Positions 63,606 to 64,000 of a DNA stretch of 64,000 nucleotides are shown one piece after another (within the stretch, counting starts at the first letter, position 1; the number at the start of each line of letters is the position of its first letter). Position numbers and translations under genes: made by a program. Source of the DNA: Eledone cirrhosa (lineage: Eukaryota); assembly GCA_964016885.1 (NCBI GenBank), contig OZ024744.1:91884001-91948000 (forward strand), read 5' to 3'. A model generated the notes under the pieces. The model worked only from the letters and a program-made list of their open reading frames with translations. It ran no database searches and was not told the DNA's origin.

Positions 63606-64000
63606 CATGCACATTTACATAGGTTCCCACTTTTTAAACACAAACACACAGATAATGATGATTATGGTAATGGTGGTGATGATGATGATGATAGTGAGGC
63701 AGATGCGGATGATGGTGATGATGATGATGGTGATGATGATGAAGATGATTTTAATGATGATGATGTAAACAAACATAAACACATACAGAAGCACAATCAC
63801 ACACTCTCAAACACACACACAAACGCACACACACAAACACACACAGATAAACAAAGAAAGTAACTACAGACCTCTTGTACCAGTGTCTCTAACATAAACA
63901 ATAATATCCTCCACGTGGTCACTGATCCTGCTAGAAACAGCAGATAAATCTCCCTCATATCACACCCCTCGCTACTGTCTTAAATTTAGAAAGGACACAT

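Overview
Eukaryotic, AT-rich and extremely repeat-dense genomic DNA, with no prokaryotic features (no operons, rRNA or CRISPR). The mix of tRNA-derived CORE-type and Meta-type SINEs, RTE LINEs and giant (TA)n/(TATG)n/(CAC)n/(TTC)n tracts is most consistent with an octopus or other coleoid cephalopod (inference). Most long ORFs in the track are translations of simple repeats. Real coding signal: (1) a near-intact single-ORF RTE/RTEX-type LINE (8820-11948, minus) with one premature stop; (2) several R4/Dong-type restriction-like-endonuclease LINE fragments, all in the same polarity inside (TATG)n tracts; (3) a dead, internally deleted pogo/Tigger element with perfect TIRs; (4) a CRE-type endonuclease fragment nested inside a hAT MITE; (5) three phase-compatible plus-strand exons (41727-46857), only partly visible in the ORF track, that resemble the C8orf48/DUF4606 family. 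Notable non-coding structures: two convergent copies of a short repeat carrying a near-consensus CTCF motif, a 234-bp-arm near-perfect SINE hairpin, a fold-back element with hammerhead-like cores, one SINE/LINE-tail segment that repeatedly seeds minisatellites, and a chain of candidate minus-strand micro-exons. Family names come from motif recognition and were not checked against any database.
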